A stretch of 64,000 nucleotides of DNA from the human T2T-CHM13v2.0 reference genome, Homo sapiens (GCF_009914755.1 NC_060942.1); one strand, 5' to 3'. Numbered from the stretch's first letter, positions 11,887 to 26,430 are shown. Notes: generated by a model from the sequence alone, not told the origin. Translations and numbers: made by a program.

Positions 11887-13559
11887 AGTGATTCTGGCTA
11901 CCCAAAAGATTTCTGAGACATAGGAAGACTGAAATTCCAGCAAAATATGTGGACATGAACTAGTTACAATGAGCTTTCTTCATTACTTCTATTGAGTAAA
12001 TATGTCTGTATACATTTCAGCTTGGTCTCTTTTATACCAAGGGGAATTAAAAGGAGTTTAGTGTGCCCATGAGTTTGCTGGAACATTTTCATACCAGTGT
12101 CTTCCTTGAGTGCATTATAGTACTGGTGAGGAAAATAAGTACAGGATTCCAGGAAAACAAATCTTAGAAAACACAAGCAAATGCTCTGTCTCTATTTCCT
12201 TTTCTCCATTTTCTTCAGCTTCAGCCCTTCAAAGATTCTGCTTGTATTATATTAGGGCAATCAACAGGTCAGTTTTTTGCAAGTTATATCCGGTTTGTTG
12301 AATACTGTAAATGTAAAAATATTTTACTCCAATTTTGTGCATGTTAGGAATAATTTAATTTGATTTTCTATATGAATTGCCTAGTAGAATACAATATACA
12401 AGAAGAAATGTAAATAATAAATTTGCTATATCTACTTTAGCCTTATAAATAATTTAATTAAAATAAAGCAAAATCTATTTGGTCTAAGTAAGTCCTAGTT
12501 CAGCACACATAATTTTTGATGTTTCTGAGATGGTGAAATATATAATTAATGTACAGCCCTCTTATCAAGACCAATAAAAATTGAGCAATAAAATATAATC
12601 TGATTGTGCCATTAGCAAAAATGAATTTTTTATAATCTCTTAGCAACTAAATAATAAATTATTTTTCAACAGCTTTTAATGAGATGAAAGATAATCAGCA
12701 GTTGCAATAAAGTGCTGTAACATCCAATTTGTATGAGCAGTCTGTTTTCTGTGAATAGTGAAGTCCTCATATCTTTCTTTGGAACTAGAAATTATTTAAT
12801 CACAATCAAGAATCATAACAAAATCACTTACTAAGAAACAAATATATTCTCTTCACTACTATCCTTATCAAGACTAGTACTGTAAACATTTAAAAAAATT
12901 GTTATTATTTTATTGAAGCACAATCAAATTTAGTATTGTTGATTAATGCATTTGGTCTATTAAAATCTTATGGTTTTATTTTATGTTTTTAGCATACTCT
13001 TTCTCTCTTTGTATTTTTATACATATGAATACAGGTGATCTTTTATGTGTTTATACATAACTAATTGTCAAATAGTTCTATTATCACAGAAATGTTCATA
13101 CAAATGACTTCATTATCACTACGTGAGACCATTCTTCTCAACTTGTCCTTTAAACAACACTATTTTTGAGACTTCAATCCATGCTTATCTATTATCTATG
13201 CTTCCCTAATTGGTACAGTTAGGTTTCAATTTATTTTATTTTATTAACATGAGAGCTCCCATTCCCTCTGGAATAATTTTAATTGAATTTCCATAGTAAA
13301 TCAGAAGAGTCAGACAAGAGCAGAGTTACTCTTTTTGAAGCAGGGGAGTTGGCCATAGAAGTACCACTATTGAACATCAAGGTACCACAGAATATAGTTT
13401 TAAACACCATCATAGTTGAAAATTGGTGAGATTTTGGAACTTATATCTACTACTTCTAGATGTAGAATCAATGATCTCTCACTTCCTTGTTGCACACTCT
13501 TGAGTCTGTAAACTCCTCTCAGCCCTTTCCTAAATGTATGCACTAAGATACAAACTACT

Positions 13560-14300
13560 GTGTTTCACCAAGAGTCCTTATCAATACTTAAAAATATCAC
13601 AGTGATGGCCTCCTCATTGAGCTACAGAAACATATTTCTCCAAACTTCCACAGGATAATAGACAAGCAGCTCAAATAGAATCTCACAAACACCAAATTTA
13701 TTGCCATTACTGTTTAAACTCCACTTTACTTTTCAGTTTATTTCTCCACCTATAACCACTACTTTGCTAAACGTTACGAATTAAATGTTACCAAGTGTTA
13801 CTGCCATCGAATCAAGCAGAACAACTTGAGTCTCCATTCTGACATATCTATTCTTTTAGTTCTATTGATTATAAATTCCAAAGTTTTCTTCAATTTCTCT
13901 GTACCTCTTTGCCATCCTTGGCACAGCTGAAATCAATTTCACATCATCTTGTGGGTGCATTATTTCAAAAGTCTCATAGTTTTTCTCCATCATCTGCCCA
14001 CACAACAAAAATACAAGTATTCTGGTTCACTAAGTCTTCTTTACATAATTTTCTACTGCACATGATTTAAAACCTACCATCCTTATAAAGGTATACAAGA
14101 CTTTTTTGTATGCTATTTCATATTTATATCTACAGCTTTATGTTACGCAACTTCAACCTTGCTTTCAGTGAAAAATTAATCATAGAATCCTGCATATGAC
14201 CCTCATTCTACTTTGCAATCTGTTTATTCTTCTTTGATAGCCATGTTCTCATCTCATTCTTATATACAAAACTCAGTTTCAATATCACTACCTTCAGCAG
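13560..14300 (+). mobile_element. L2 fragment (highly diverged)
   Basis: Degenerate L2 ORF2 3' motifs (CAAGCAGAACAACTTGAGTCTCC, CATCATCTTG..ATTATTTCAAAAG, ACTCAGTTTCAATATCACTACC). Confidence 0.5.
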
Positions 14301-14309
14301 TGCTAGTTC

Positions 14310-14485
14310 TTTTGGTTTAGCCTTTCCCAGAAGTAGACTCTGAGAAATGGGTAAGTTCAAGTAATTTCCTTGGAAGGTAATATCCAAAACCACTGAAAAG
14401 GGAATGCACAAGGGAGACAAAAAAGGAAGCCCATTACAGATGTGTCATTGAACAGACGTATTATTGATACAAGTATTGGCAACCT
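14310..14485 (-). mobile_element. LTR33-like ERVL LTR fragment
   Basis: CCCAGAAGTAGACTCTGAGAAATGG..CAAGTAATTTCCTTGGAAGG..GGAGACA..GGAAGCC..GGCAAC. Confidence 0.6.
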
Positions 14486-15064
14486 GGAAACAAAAAATAA
14501 GCAAGGGGCCAATGTTGCTAGGAAAAAAAAAGGTGTGAGTGTAAATTTGAAATAAAGGATTTGGAGTTTTTTAACTTATTATGCCCTTTTTAGGGGGTGG
14601 GATAGATCAAATACGAGTTTTCAAGCTTGCACTCTTAAAAATCACAAACTCTTGTCTCTTCTGAACACCAATATTATCCTACTGTAATTTTTTATGATAC
14701 CAGATATGTAAACTGCATATGCTACATGAATGATATCTTGTAGATTCTATTCACATTTCTCCATCTAGTGACCATAAAAAGGTCACTAGTTTAAAAAAAA
14801 AACACAGTTGAATTATAGACTCTCTTTCCATTACTTTAAAGATATTTCTTAGAGAGCTTACTTTTAAAAAGTAAAATTATTCCTCAGCAATGACACCTGT
14901 GGTCTTATTTTTAACTTTTCCACATACTCTTGTGTTATACTACTCGTGTCTTTTTCTCCTGTCCTTAATTTTGGTCATTATAAATTCCAAATGCCTCCTA
15001 ACTGAACTTCAAACATTTGAATGATATGCTTTAGTATCAAAAAAATTCTGATAATAAATAGTAT

Positions 15065-15510
15065 CATTCATTTATTCACTCGTTTTCCCATTCATGAATG
15101 GGGCTACTTGTCAAGTACCATGCTAGTTCCTAGGACACAAGGCAAGTGAGCCATGATCTTTGTCTTAAAGATGTCAGAGCCTAACAAGAAAAACAAACAA
15201 GGGCTAATTTAAAAAAGTAACACTTTGGTGTGATAAAATGGTATAGGAAAAGCAAAGGAGACATTGGTTAACTAATTTTTGAGAAAGCTTCATGTGCTGC
15301 TGTATCTTGAAGGACGAGTTTGCAAAATAGATAAGGAGAGTAATAGAGAACAGTGTGTGAAGACAAAAAAAATATGAAGTACAGGGGATGGCAGGCAATT
15401 TGGGACGTTTTTTATACAGGGCAGAGAAGTAGAGAGCAGCAGGAGATGAACCCGAAGAACAAAACAGAGGCTAGAGAAATGTGAAGATATGGTCAGCACT
15501 GGTTAAATGT
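15065..15510 (-). mobile_element. L2 3' end
   Basis: TCATTCATTTATTCA tail; CTACTTGTCAAGTACCATGCTAG; ATCTTGAAGGACGAGT; GAGGCTAGAGA. Confidence 0.6.
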
Positions 15511-17478
15511 GACTATTCTAAAGTTGTAGTTCATTATCACTTTAGAAGTATGTGTTCCAGTTGTGCAGATCTAATTTCTGCTTGAGCCCTTGATATGACA
15601 ATGTGTTATATACATTTATATTCTGCAATAAGAGATAGGCAAGTAGTGGAAATGAATGGGACATCCATCCATTTTTCAGCTGTGATGAATTGTAAAGTCA
15701 TGATTAAAGCTCTGAATTTCTTGATTAAACATTTGTTTTTCTGTGTTGAATAGAAATTTGGATTTTAAAATTTTTTCCAAATAAGACTCACAATTAGATC
15801 AGTTTTGGAATTTCACATAAAATCTACATTCTTTAAAACTGGAAACCTCACATGCGGTATTAATTACGTTACTCTAATAAGCATGATCTCTCGATTTCAC
15901 TCATTATTCAGAACAGAAATGAAGGTGACTCTTCTAGAACATAATAATAATTATGCCACTAAATCATCTTGGCCCTAATTATGTTTAGCTTTTTATTTTC
16001 TAGAACTACACTTATAATCATTTAGAATCCATATACATTAAAGATAAAAATTCTGGCCTTCTAGTTTTTTTTTTTAATCTACTTTCAACCATCTTTTCTA
16101 CTCTCGAACACCTCCTTCGTCATGTGAAACTTTAGTTATTACCAATAACCAGGTACCTCAACATTTTAATTTCAAGTATCCCATTTTCTAAACAGCATCT
16201 TGTCTTTTAAGTTCACACTATCTTCTCTCTGATAATTAGTTACTTCTTTCATCATTTCAGAATTTACAGTTGTATTTAGTGGGGTGGAGCACAGAAAAAT
16301 ACGTGTACACGTCTTGTTTAGACCTGAAGTCTGGACTTTGCTTTTGATCATAAATAGCTTATTTCTCATCTATCATCAATATTTTCTTTTAAAAATTCAT
16401 CGTTCCTAAAGAATATTCTAATATCTCACATTTTAAATAAACAAAAAGACCACAGATACCATAGTTCTCAGTCATTGTCACATTTCTCTGCTACATTTCA
16501 TTGTGAAATACCTCCAGGGTGTTCCAAACTCACTGGTTCCCCACTACCATTTATTCCTTTTCACATTTTCTCATTTCACTCAAAACAGGCTTTTATTTCT
16601 ACTTTCCACTGAAACTGCTCTTATCAAAGTCACAAGTAATGTCTTTTTTTGTCAAATTCATTTCTCTATCTTTAATCTCTGTCTTTGATTGTCAGCATCA
16701 TTTGTCATGATTAATTATTCTTTTCTCCTAGTTTCTAGGGTCCCACACTTTGCTAGTTTTCTACAGAAATCACGGGAGTGTCATTTTCAATTTCCAGATT
16801 GACTCCATTCACTTTCAGAAACTCCAAAATCTGGGATGCCTCTGAATTTACTTTTTGATTCCTACTCCCTTTAGAAATAATTGCTCACGCCGTAGGTGAT
16901 ATCATCTCCATCTACGGATATCATTTAAATACTAGGATTACCGTGTCTTTATTTGTAAATTCTACTTCTCCTCTGTGTTTCAGAATCTTGTATTTGATTG
17001 CCTACTGGGTATATCATCTTAGAATTCTAATAAGTGTTTTAAAATTAACATTTACAAATCTGAACTCTATCACTGGCATCATTTCTCTCCACAGTTCCTA
17101 TTTTTCCCATCTCAATAGATAGCACCAACAACAGTAAATCCATGACTCCCTTTTTCCCTCATAATGAACACCCAATCCTCAGCTTATTGACTTAAATTCA
17201 AAGCACATCATGAATTTGTCCATATCTCACCAATTCAATTACCACCAACCAATCCAGACCACTATCATTTCTTACCTCTATTGCTGCAGTGGCTTTTTAA
17301 CTGTTTTCCCTGGTATTTCTAATGAATTTACATGACAGTGAAATAAATAATTTTAAAATCTTAATCATATTTTATAATTTTTGTGGTTAAAATAATCAAA
17401 TATTCCAATGAGGTAGAACACCCAACCTCCCAGTATGCACAGCGTTCCGCTTTCTTGTTCTATCACACTACTCCAGCC

Positions 17479-17656
17479 CAGTGGTTCTTATACTCAGTTG
17501 CACATTGGAATTACACAGAAAACTTTACAACTACTGAGTCCATGGTAATGCCCTCAGTTAGTCTAGTTTAATTGATCTGTGGTGTAGTCAGGGCAATTAA
17601 GAGTTTTAAAAGTTTTCCAAATAATTGAAATAATCAGCAAAGTTTGAGAATCACTG
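17479..17656. mobile_element. MER5A/B (hAT-Charlie MITE)
   Basis: TIRs CAGTGGTTCT..AGAATCACTG; 8-bp TSD CTCCAGCC/CTCTAGCC. Confidence 0.88.
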
Positions 17657-17719
17657 CTCTAGCCAAATTATCCTTTTTGCTTTCAATTGAAGAAGCCAAG
17701 CTGGTCTCCACCTTTAGGA

Positions 17720-18040
17720 CAGGCTCACCCAACCCCCAACTGACTGATAACAACTCATAGCTTCCCCTCCCCTTTACAGCTAAACTGGGGTTGCCTCTTT
17801 CAGATGCTAACTGTCTCCAATTTGGGAGCTCATTCTTAATTAAGGACTGTCTGACACAGAGAGGTACCAAAGCCAGGCTATTGCTTCAAGATGGGAGTAA
17901 TGCTATGGAGAAATTTCTGTTATTGACTTTTTTCACGGAGTTAGACAAAGTTTCCAGCTAAGACTGTTTTCTCTTGGCTTTCTTCCCTTGCTTTATCTTG
18001 TTTCCCTCACTTGAACAAGAATATTAAGTCACCTTATTAA
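17720..18040 (+). mobile_element. LTR16-like ERVL LTR fragment
   Basis: CCAACTGACTGATAACAACTC..GAGAGGTACCAAAGCCAGGC..CAAGATGGGA..CTTTATCTTGTTTCCCTCAC. Confidence 0.45.
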
Positions 18041-18579
18041 ATTTTTGTCACTAGCTCTTTCGTATGCCAGGGATACTTTTTCCAAATATTGTCACACACT
18101 TTTCTCCTCTTCATTCAAGTTTACTCAAATGTCATCTCCTAAGAGATGCATTTATTATGACTTTGTTTAAATATACCTGTTTCTCCACTCCCACAAACTT
18201 TATTACTCCACGTATTTGGTTTACAGCACTTTACATTATATGTTTGTGTATTTGCTACTGGAATATAAGCTCCATGAGGTCATTGACCACCTCTGTTGTT
18301 AACTCTATATCTTCAAAATGTACTTAATATCTAGTAATTAATTAGCAAATGTTTCTTAAATGAATCAATCAACGGATAAGCTCCAGCTTGTTTTCAGTAA
18401 GCTGGGAAGAACAGGAATTGAGGAGCATGGTGATGATTATACATTCTGAAGCTGTATCTTGGGACTTCTCCAAAACTCTCTGTAAATTAGGTCTGCTGAC
18501 TAATGACTGGGCTATATTCAACTGAGCAATCATGATAATTCAGTTCCATTATGAATGAGTCAACTCTATAATTAAACTG

Positions 18580-19400
18580 GGCATGAAGTAATGCATTAAA
18601 GAATACTTATTACCTTCCATAATTTAGATATAATGCTAGACAATGGGAGACAAAGACTCATAGACTCATTGCACAGTGCATCATAGCTAATGATGAAGAC
18701 AATACATTTTTACATAATGAAGTTATATTGAGATGGATATTAAGAGAAATGACAAAAATTTAGTGTAAGCCTGAACATACTGTGCTTGTGGGAGATGGGG
18801 AAGAAGTAGTAGTGGGAGAAGGTGTCACAGTACTAACACAGGAGCAGATATTTGATAGAAAATTGTTAAGCAGACAAGAAAAAAAGGGCAAGGAAATAAC
18901 AAGTCAAAATCATAATGACATAAAAGGTATGATAATCTCAGAGAAGCTCAAGTAGCTCGGTATAGCCAGAGCCTAGGGTAAAATTAAGGAAGTGTCAATA
19001 AGTGAGATCATAAAGTAAGCACATTTTCAACAGTTAAAGTAGTTTTGTTTTGCCCAATAATTACAAAGAGCTATTGAGAGTTTTAATAAGACTTGCTATG
19101 ATCTCTCTTCCTAAAATGACAACTTTAGTTGCAATGAAGAAGGTGGATGTGAACTGGAGACACAATAGAATTTTTTTTAGCTGTCTTTCTATATTCCAGA
19201 TAAGGAATTATAATGGTCTCAATTAAAAGCATTTGTAAAACAGAGAGAAAAGATTCATTAAAAAACAATTTGGGGACATGCTGATATAACGTTAAAAGCA
19301 TTTGGATATGGATGAATGGAAGTGATGAACACCACAGATGGCAACATATATCTAGGTATCCTATTGTTTAATTTAAAAAAGGAATATCAAAAAATATTAA
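18580..19400 (-). mobile_element. L2 fragment
   Basis: GAGCTATTGAGAGTTTTAA..ATGATC..AAAATGACAACTTTAGTTGCAATGAAGA, typical of antisense L2. Confidence 0.5.
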
Positions 19401-20047
19401 GAAGAACTAAGATAATCCAATTAGTCATTACAATTACACACTTTATGAAGCCTGACCATATGTATTCAAGGTGAATAGCAAGTATTTTTTTGTCAATACT
19501 ACAAAAATTAAAACCTTGCATATTCATTCAGCTCTTACTCTTGAGACTCAAGAATGTTGAGAACTGATTGCCCTGATATTCATGTTTTGTTTTGAGGTTT
19601 AAATAACTGATTTAAGTAATTAGAGAAGGACTCTATATTCATCTTTGATAGTAAATGTAAGTTTCAATCCCTGAAAACCTATTTTCCACGTTTGTGCCTC
19701 TCTCTAAAATGCAGTAATTTTGCATTTTTCCAATCATACACTCCTGCATTCTGATGTTTGCTTCTTACTACACCAGCCATTTAGATAGCTGGAAGCTACT
19801 CCTTCTCCTTCAATTGGGTGCCTGTAGCAACAAGAATGGGAGTCTCTGGAATATCAATTTGGAATACATTGCATCAATTTTAAAAAATCAAAGAATGACA
19901 GTAAGGTGACAACCTTAAAACCTAATTTTATTATTCCCTGGCCCATTAGTATAGTATTTATAAGTTATAAATTCTATCTCTAATAAGCTATATAATAGGG
20001 ATATTATCATGATTCCATTCATATATTTTAAAGATAGAAAAAATTTC

Positions 20048-20750
20048 CTTTAAAATTTTATTCTAGTAAAATATGTGTAAAATAAAATAAACATTTTAAC
20101 CATTTTTGAGTGTGGAATTCAGTAGCATTACGTTCATTCAAACTGTTGTGCAACCATCAGCACCATCCATCCCCAGAACTTCTTCATTTTTCCCTACTAG
20201 AGCTCTGTACCCACTAAACAGTAACTTCCTATTTCTCTCTCCCTATTCTACTGTCGGTCCACATAAATTTGACTAGTCTAGGCCACTTATATAAGTGGAA
20301 TCATACAATATTTTCCCTTTTGTGACTGGCTTATTTCATTTAGCATAATGTCCTCAAAGTCATTCCATGTTGTAGCATGTATCAAAATATCCTTCCTTTT
20401 TCAATCTGAATAATAATCCATTGTACATATATAGCACAATTTATCAGATCATCTGTCAATGGACACTTGAATTGCTTACACCTTTTGGGTGTGTGAAGAG
20501 TGCTGTCATGAACATGGACATACAAATATATGTTTAAGACCCTACTTTCAGTTATTTTAGGTGTATACCTAGAAGTAAAATTGCTAGATTATATGGTAAT
20601 TCTATGTTGTTGTTTTTGAAGAATTGCTGTACTGTTCTTCATAGGTACTACCCTATTTTATATTGCTACCAGCAATGCGCAAGAATTCTAAGTTCTCCAT
20701 AACCTTACCATTTGTTATTTCTTTCTTCTTCATTAAAAATATCCTAAAAT
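20048..20750 (-). mobile_element. L1MB (L1MB3-like) 3' end
   Basis: TGTTGTGCAACCATCA.CACCATCCATCCCCAGAAC..ATATAAGTGGAATCATACAATA..TTGTGACTGGCTTATTTCA. Confidence 0.88.
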
Positions 20751-20910
20751 GTATATAATTACCATTTAAACAAAATGTTACACAAACTTTCTTAGAGACA
20801 AGGAAAATGCAGTGTTATTAAAGATACATAAAATATCTTAAAATTTAGTTAGCTAATTTCAAGCTTAAGGGTTCTCATCAGTCACAGCAAATTATTTGTA
20901 ATATGATATT

Positions 20911-21370
20911 TGTTATATTTCAAGAGTCCCATTACCATCCAATAATTTGGTGATCAGCTGGAAGAACTTACGTGATTCAACACAAACTCATGGATAAGAT
21001 TTTATTACAAAGAAGCACACAGTGTGGAAACAGCAGGGAAAATATACATAGAAAATGATAGAATGGTTATCAACAGGATTTGAAGGTCTCCTGATCTCTG
21101 TAAAGGCAGAGAAACTTGCTTTTCTCTCCAGTCAGGAACAGTGAAGACACATGCAAGATATCTCCACCAAGGGAAGCAACTTAAGTCTTGGGATACATGT
21201 TCTTAAATGGATCAATTTACATGACCAACCATAGTGCAGATCCTAAACCAGGCACCAGATGCACATCATGAATCTTCATGTTTACTTTGACAATGTTGAC
21301 AGCCTGGCACACCTTGATCCACTGCATTGGACCTATAGAATAACATCCCTAATCAGTAACCATGTGAACA
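20911..21370 (-). mobile_element. MER21/MER68/MER77-group LTR
   Basis: GTCCCATTACCATCC..TGGTGATCAGCTGGAAGAACT..TTTATTACAAAGAA..CCACCAAGGGAAGC. Confidence 0.55.
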
Positions 21371-21849
21371 TTCCTGTAATTTAATTTTCAAGTGTTTGAC
21401 CATGATTATTTTTGTGGCCATAGAGATTAGCAATAACTGAGTAAAACAGATCTGCTGTGTTAACTCTATCCCCACAATGTACACATAAAGAAAAGAATAA
21501 TTGGATGTACATCTAAGTAGATAAATATATGCAATAAATATATTAGATGGAGAGATACACAACCATTTCTTAAAAGTAGTTATCTGAATAAGAAATTTCT
21601 TATATATCTCTAATTTGAATTTCACATACAAACCTTTTGCCAAAATATTTCCCCCATGAACAGCCAAAAAAAAAGAGCACATTATACCATCTTGTTCAAT
21701 CTGTGTAAATGCTGGCAATACATATTTTGCTGATTCCAAATTTGCTCTTTGCCAGGGCACAATATTTAAAAACATATCCTTGGCAAAGTTTTAAAAGTGG
21801 ATCATTTCCAGTATGCAATATTTAATATTCAATGGTAACTTATTTGAAA

Positions 21850-22399
21850 GACTAGATCTTATTTACGAACTGCCACATGAAAAAATTACCCCCAGAGTTA
21901 GTATAGTTTAAAACAACAAATACTGTAATCTCACAGTTTTTGAGCCTTGGGAATCCAGTGGCAGCTTTGCCATTGTATAAAGGTCCCTCACAAGTGTGCA
22001 GACAAATTGTTGGCGGGGGCTGCAATTTCACCTGGTGGGGAGAGGATGCTCACCTAAGTTCTTTCACTGGATTATTGGCAGATCTCATCCCTTACAACAT
22101 AGGCTTCTGCACAGGGCTGTCTTTACACTAAAAAAGACTGTCTCCTGAGGAGTAAGCATATCAAAGAGCAAGAGAGGAGACAGAGGAGCCCAGTATAGAA
22201 GCCACAGTCTTTGTATAACTTAACATCAGAAACTGTATTCTTTGTAATACCTATTCTTAGAAGTGACATCCCTTCACTTCTGCCATATTCTGTTGGTCAG
22301 AAACAATTGGCCAGGAATATTCTGGGGGAAGGAATTACACAAGGGTATAAACACCAGGGCAGAGACTTTTGGAGAGCACCTTAGAGGCTGCCTCCATGT
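21850..22399 (-). mobile_element. MLT1F-like LTR
   Basis: AAATTACCCCCAG..AAAACAACAAA..AGAAGCCACAGTCTTTGTATAAC..AAGTGACATCCCTTCACTTCTGCCATATTCT..CTTAGAGGCTGCC. Confidence 0.8.
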
Positions 22400-22716
22400 A
22401 ATGTAGAACCCCCACTCCAAATTCTTGGCTTTTTAATTTCTCACATTGCCTGTATGCTGGGATGAGGAGTCTTCAGTACTCCCAAATGCTAGTACCTAAA
22501 TTTAATAAGTAATCTAACCAGATAAAATTTAGTTATTAGAAGATCCATTCTAATTTGTGATTACCAATTAACTGAATGGTATTTTGCCCAGGAAGTACAG
22601 TAGCTAGATCTTCACCCATTCTGCATTTAGGATTCTAACACTGAAAACTTAAGTGACCTTGAGCTCAGATTTTGACTTAATCCTTTTGGAAGAAGATTTA
22701 AAAATACAGTTAATAA

Positions 22717-22920
<204 letters not shown>

Positions 22921-23721
22921 CTATTTTATTTTATTTTATATTTTATATTTTATTTGGTATAATTAATCTACTATAATATTTTAGATATTTTATAATATAT
23001 AATGTCAATTTATACTTAATTATGTAAATTATGTAAAAGCAAGCGTCTACTATCCAATATAATGTCAAGAGAGTGAAACAAGTTACAGGTAAATGTATGA
23101 TAATTCTATCTGATGATAAAATTTTTAAAAGATCATTTAAGTCAGTATTTTCCAACCTAGATGGGAACATAGTAACTGAACTGAAATATTTTGAAATCTA
23201 AACTACCTAACTCCACACAAATGCACTAAGTAAGTATTTCTTGGGTGACCCCTGTATAGGAGATGAATTTTAAAGATGACTCAAATGTGCAATGTGTGTT
23301 GAAAGCTACTAAGGTAAATGATTACCTTATACGAGCAAATAGAGGTTCTGAGAAAACTACTGCAACACCCAAAGGTACGTAAATGATTGAAACCTCAGGT
23401 TGAAGGCATTGGAGGGATTCATGCACTGCGAAGGGCAGTACTAGTTACCCAAATAATTGATGAATTTACACATTGCGCTGTTGTTACTCACTGGAATAAA
23501 CAAAATTTTCGTTTCATATATGGCTTTTATGTGTTTCTTTTGAAAATGCGCACTGAGCGCTTTCAGACGGCTCTAATTGAGTTTTTCTCTTGCGTTTTCA
23601 CATACAATCATCAAGAAAATGTTACTGACATTATGGCAATATATAGTATGATTTTAAAAAGTACAATCTGAATGCCTTCTGATAACTATTGTCAGAAAAA
23701 TTCAAATGAATCATATTTCAG

Positions 23722-23932
23722 GTCATTGTTACACAATAGCAATTTCAAGGATGATGCGATGTTTTATATCTGCATTGTACATTATGCAACCACTATTCAC
23801 ATGTAGCTAATGAGCAAGTGAAATGGAGACAGTGAGGCAAAGAAAGTAATCTACTTTATTTTGTGTTAACTCTTTTAAATTTAAATTAGCATAGCTACAT
23901 GTGGCTAAAAGCAACCTTATTTGAAAATATAA
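23722..23932. mobile_element. MER3-like hAT MITE
   Basis: CAATAGCAATTTC..GATGATG..TTTTATATCTGCATTG..CCACTATTCACATGTAGCTA..AGCTACATGTGGCTA. Confidence 0.7.
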
Positions 23933-24664
23933 CTACATTTTTTAAAGACACAATTCTTCAGAAACTACACTTCTATTTATTTGTTATGATGTATCCCTAA
24001 CTTTGATGGAATTAAAACTATGTTATCCTTTTTGATTTCTACTTCACTCGCAAAAAAAATTGGGGAGAAGTTTTATTTAATTTTCAATAACTTGAATTAT
24101 TAACTATAAGGGTTTAAACTCTCCTTGGAATTACAAAGTTATATTTTACTAATTTTATATAAATAAACTTTAAATTGGACAGGATATGCTAAGGTGGCGG
24201 GTTTTTCTGATAAAAGTTGCTGAGGAAAGATTGTCCTTTGAAAAAGAGAACCACATTTATTTTAATATTAAAGTCATGATTATAATTTTAAAAATACAGT
24301 TGGCATTCAAAATACACAAGGCTCAAGTAAACCTAAGCTGAATACGTCCCCTCCTGAATCTAAAATAATAGTCAAAGTTAAAAATCTGAAAATAAATTGG
24401 TAAACGAATAATTTAGCTCTTAGAGGAGAAATAAATTATCAAATTAAGATAACCAATCAAAAGTGCCTCCCTCACTTTCAAGAGTAAGTTTCAATTATTA
24501 AAGACTTTTAGTAAGGGCAGTCCAAAGCCCTATTTCTTAAAATGAAACTCTGTAAGTTATAAGTTGCAGCTATGTTAGTTATATTTTAAAACATATTTCT
24601 AAGAATAAGTGATGCATAAAATTTACGAGTAGGATACACAGAAATTGCAGAAACATGTATAATA

Positions 24665-25456
24665 TCAAAACCACAATGAGATCTCATCTTACCCCAGTCA
24701 GAATGGCTATGATAAATAACAGATGTTGGCCAGGATGTGGAGAAAAGGGAATGTTTATTCACCGTTGGTGGGAATGTAAACTAGTATAGCTACTATGAAA
24801 AACAGAATGGAGACTTCTCCAAAAAACTAAAAATATAATTATAATTTGATCCAGCAATCCAACTACTGGATATCTACCCAAAGGAAAAAAAATCATTATA
24901 TAAAAAATATACCTACACTTTTATGTATATTGCAGCATTATTCACAATAACAAAGATATGGAGTCAACCTAAGCATCCATCAACAGATGAGTGGATAAAA
25001 AAAATGTGGGATATATACACAATGGAATACTATTCAGCCATAAAATAGATGATATCATATTATTTGCAGCAACATGGATGGAACTGGAAGTCATTATATT
25101 AAGTGAAGTAAGCCAAAGACAAAAAGACAAATATCGTATGTTCTCATTTACCTAAGGGAGCTAAAAGAATTGAGCACATGGAAGGAAAGAGTGAAAAAAT
25201 AGGTTTCAGAGACTGGGAAGTGTGAATGGAGGGGTAGGGGGAAGGATGGAGGGAAGCAGGCTGAAGGGTACAAACATACAGTAAAATAGATGGAATAAAT
25301 ACAATGTTTGATAGCAGAGTATGGTGACTATAGTTTAAAAAAAAATGTACTGTACTCAGGAGTCGAACACTCTAATTACCCTGACTTCATCACTACACTT
25401 GGCCTACAAGTAACAAAATTTCACACGAATCTCATAAATTTGTACAAATAAAAATA
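24665..25456 (+). mobile_element. L1MA4-like ORF2 C-terminus and 3' UTR
   Basis: CAAAACCACAATGAGA..GATCCAGCAATCC..GGAATACTATTCAGCCATAAAA..CCTGACTTCATCACTACAC..TTGTACAAATAAAA. Confidence 0.9.
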
Positions 25457-26089
25457 TTTTAACAATTTAAAATAGTAGAATTTTTTTAAAAAAATCACTT
25501 GGATAAATTGAAAGCTTTGATGTATTTATTTTAATCTCACATTTATTTACAGATGTTTGGTTTGGCAAAAATCTTTGAATCATAACTCAGAACAAAAGTA
25601 GCTGCTAATTATACAACACATTGATACAACTTTAGATTGTTTGATGTTCTCAAAAATTTTCAGAGTTTCAAACTTTTGTGTTCAAATCTATCATATTTTT
25701 AATCTTTAATGACTAGATATGCTTTTTATAGACTTTAATTTTTAAATAGGCTTTCTGACACATTTTAATAGAAAGTAGAAAAGTTATTTACCTAGACCTA
25801 TAATGTACATGTATAAAATTCAATTTGTATTTTGGTCCAAAGAAAACGCAGTCAATATATACCTGTATTAATAAAATAACTGAAATATCAGAAAACAATC
25901 TTAGAAATTATTATTGATTTCTTGCCATGAGAAAGAAGTCGGTAGTTTGGACATCATCAACACAGTGCATGGCTTGTCTGAGAACTCCTGAGACAGTATT
26001 GGTGTTTCTCAGGCTGCGAACGATGGCAGGAGAGCTGCATCAGAAATAACTTTGGTGCACCAGGAGGCTTGCACTGTTTGCTTGCATGC

Positions 26090-26430
26090 TTTATACACTG
26101 TATCTTCGGAACAGTTTTACATCCACAGCAAAGTTAAACAGAAAATACAGAGTTCATCCCCTAATTACCTCTTCTCTCCCTCCCTACCACACATGCACAG
26201 CCTCCTCCCACCCCCAGCACAGGGGTACAGTGGTTACAGTTGATGAACCAATTTCCTCACAACGTTATCACTCAGAGTCCATATTTACATTACGGCTCAG
26301 GTTGAGTGCTCTAGTTCTATGAATTTTGACAAATGTAAAATGACATGTATCCACCATTACAGTATCATACAAAATGCTTCCACTGCCCTAAAACTCCCCT
26401 CTGCTCCATATATTCAGCCTTCCTCCCCTC
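26090..26430 (-). mobile_element. L1MC1/2-like 3' end
   Basis: CAGTTTTA..CACAGCAAAGTT..GTCCATATTTACATTA..ACATGTATCCACCATTACAGTATCATACA..CACTGCCCTAAAA. Confidence 0.82.

Larger units (their letters stand above)
16330..18372 (+). mobile_element. L2a RT region to 3' end, interrupted by MER5 and an LTR
   Basis: TCCACTGAAACTGCTCTTATCAAAGTCAC (ETAL.KVT RT motif); 3' end ATATAAGCTCCATGAGG..AAATGTTTCTTAAATGAAT. Confidence 0.75.

Noticed and set aside
12085-12136. Imperfect hairpin around ACCAGT/ACTGGT, possible pre-miRNA
   Set aside because: Stem too short and interrupted, with a large loop.
21353-21775. Longest ORF in the track (140 aa, minus strand)
   Set aside because: AT-rich composition, no recognisable domain or exon structure; plausible by chance in 64 kb over six frames.
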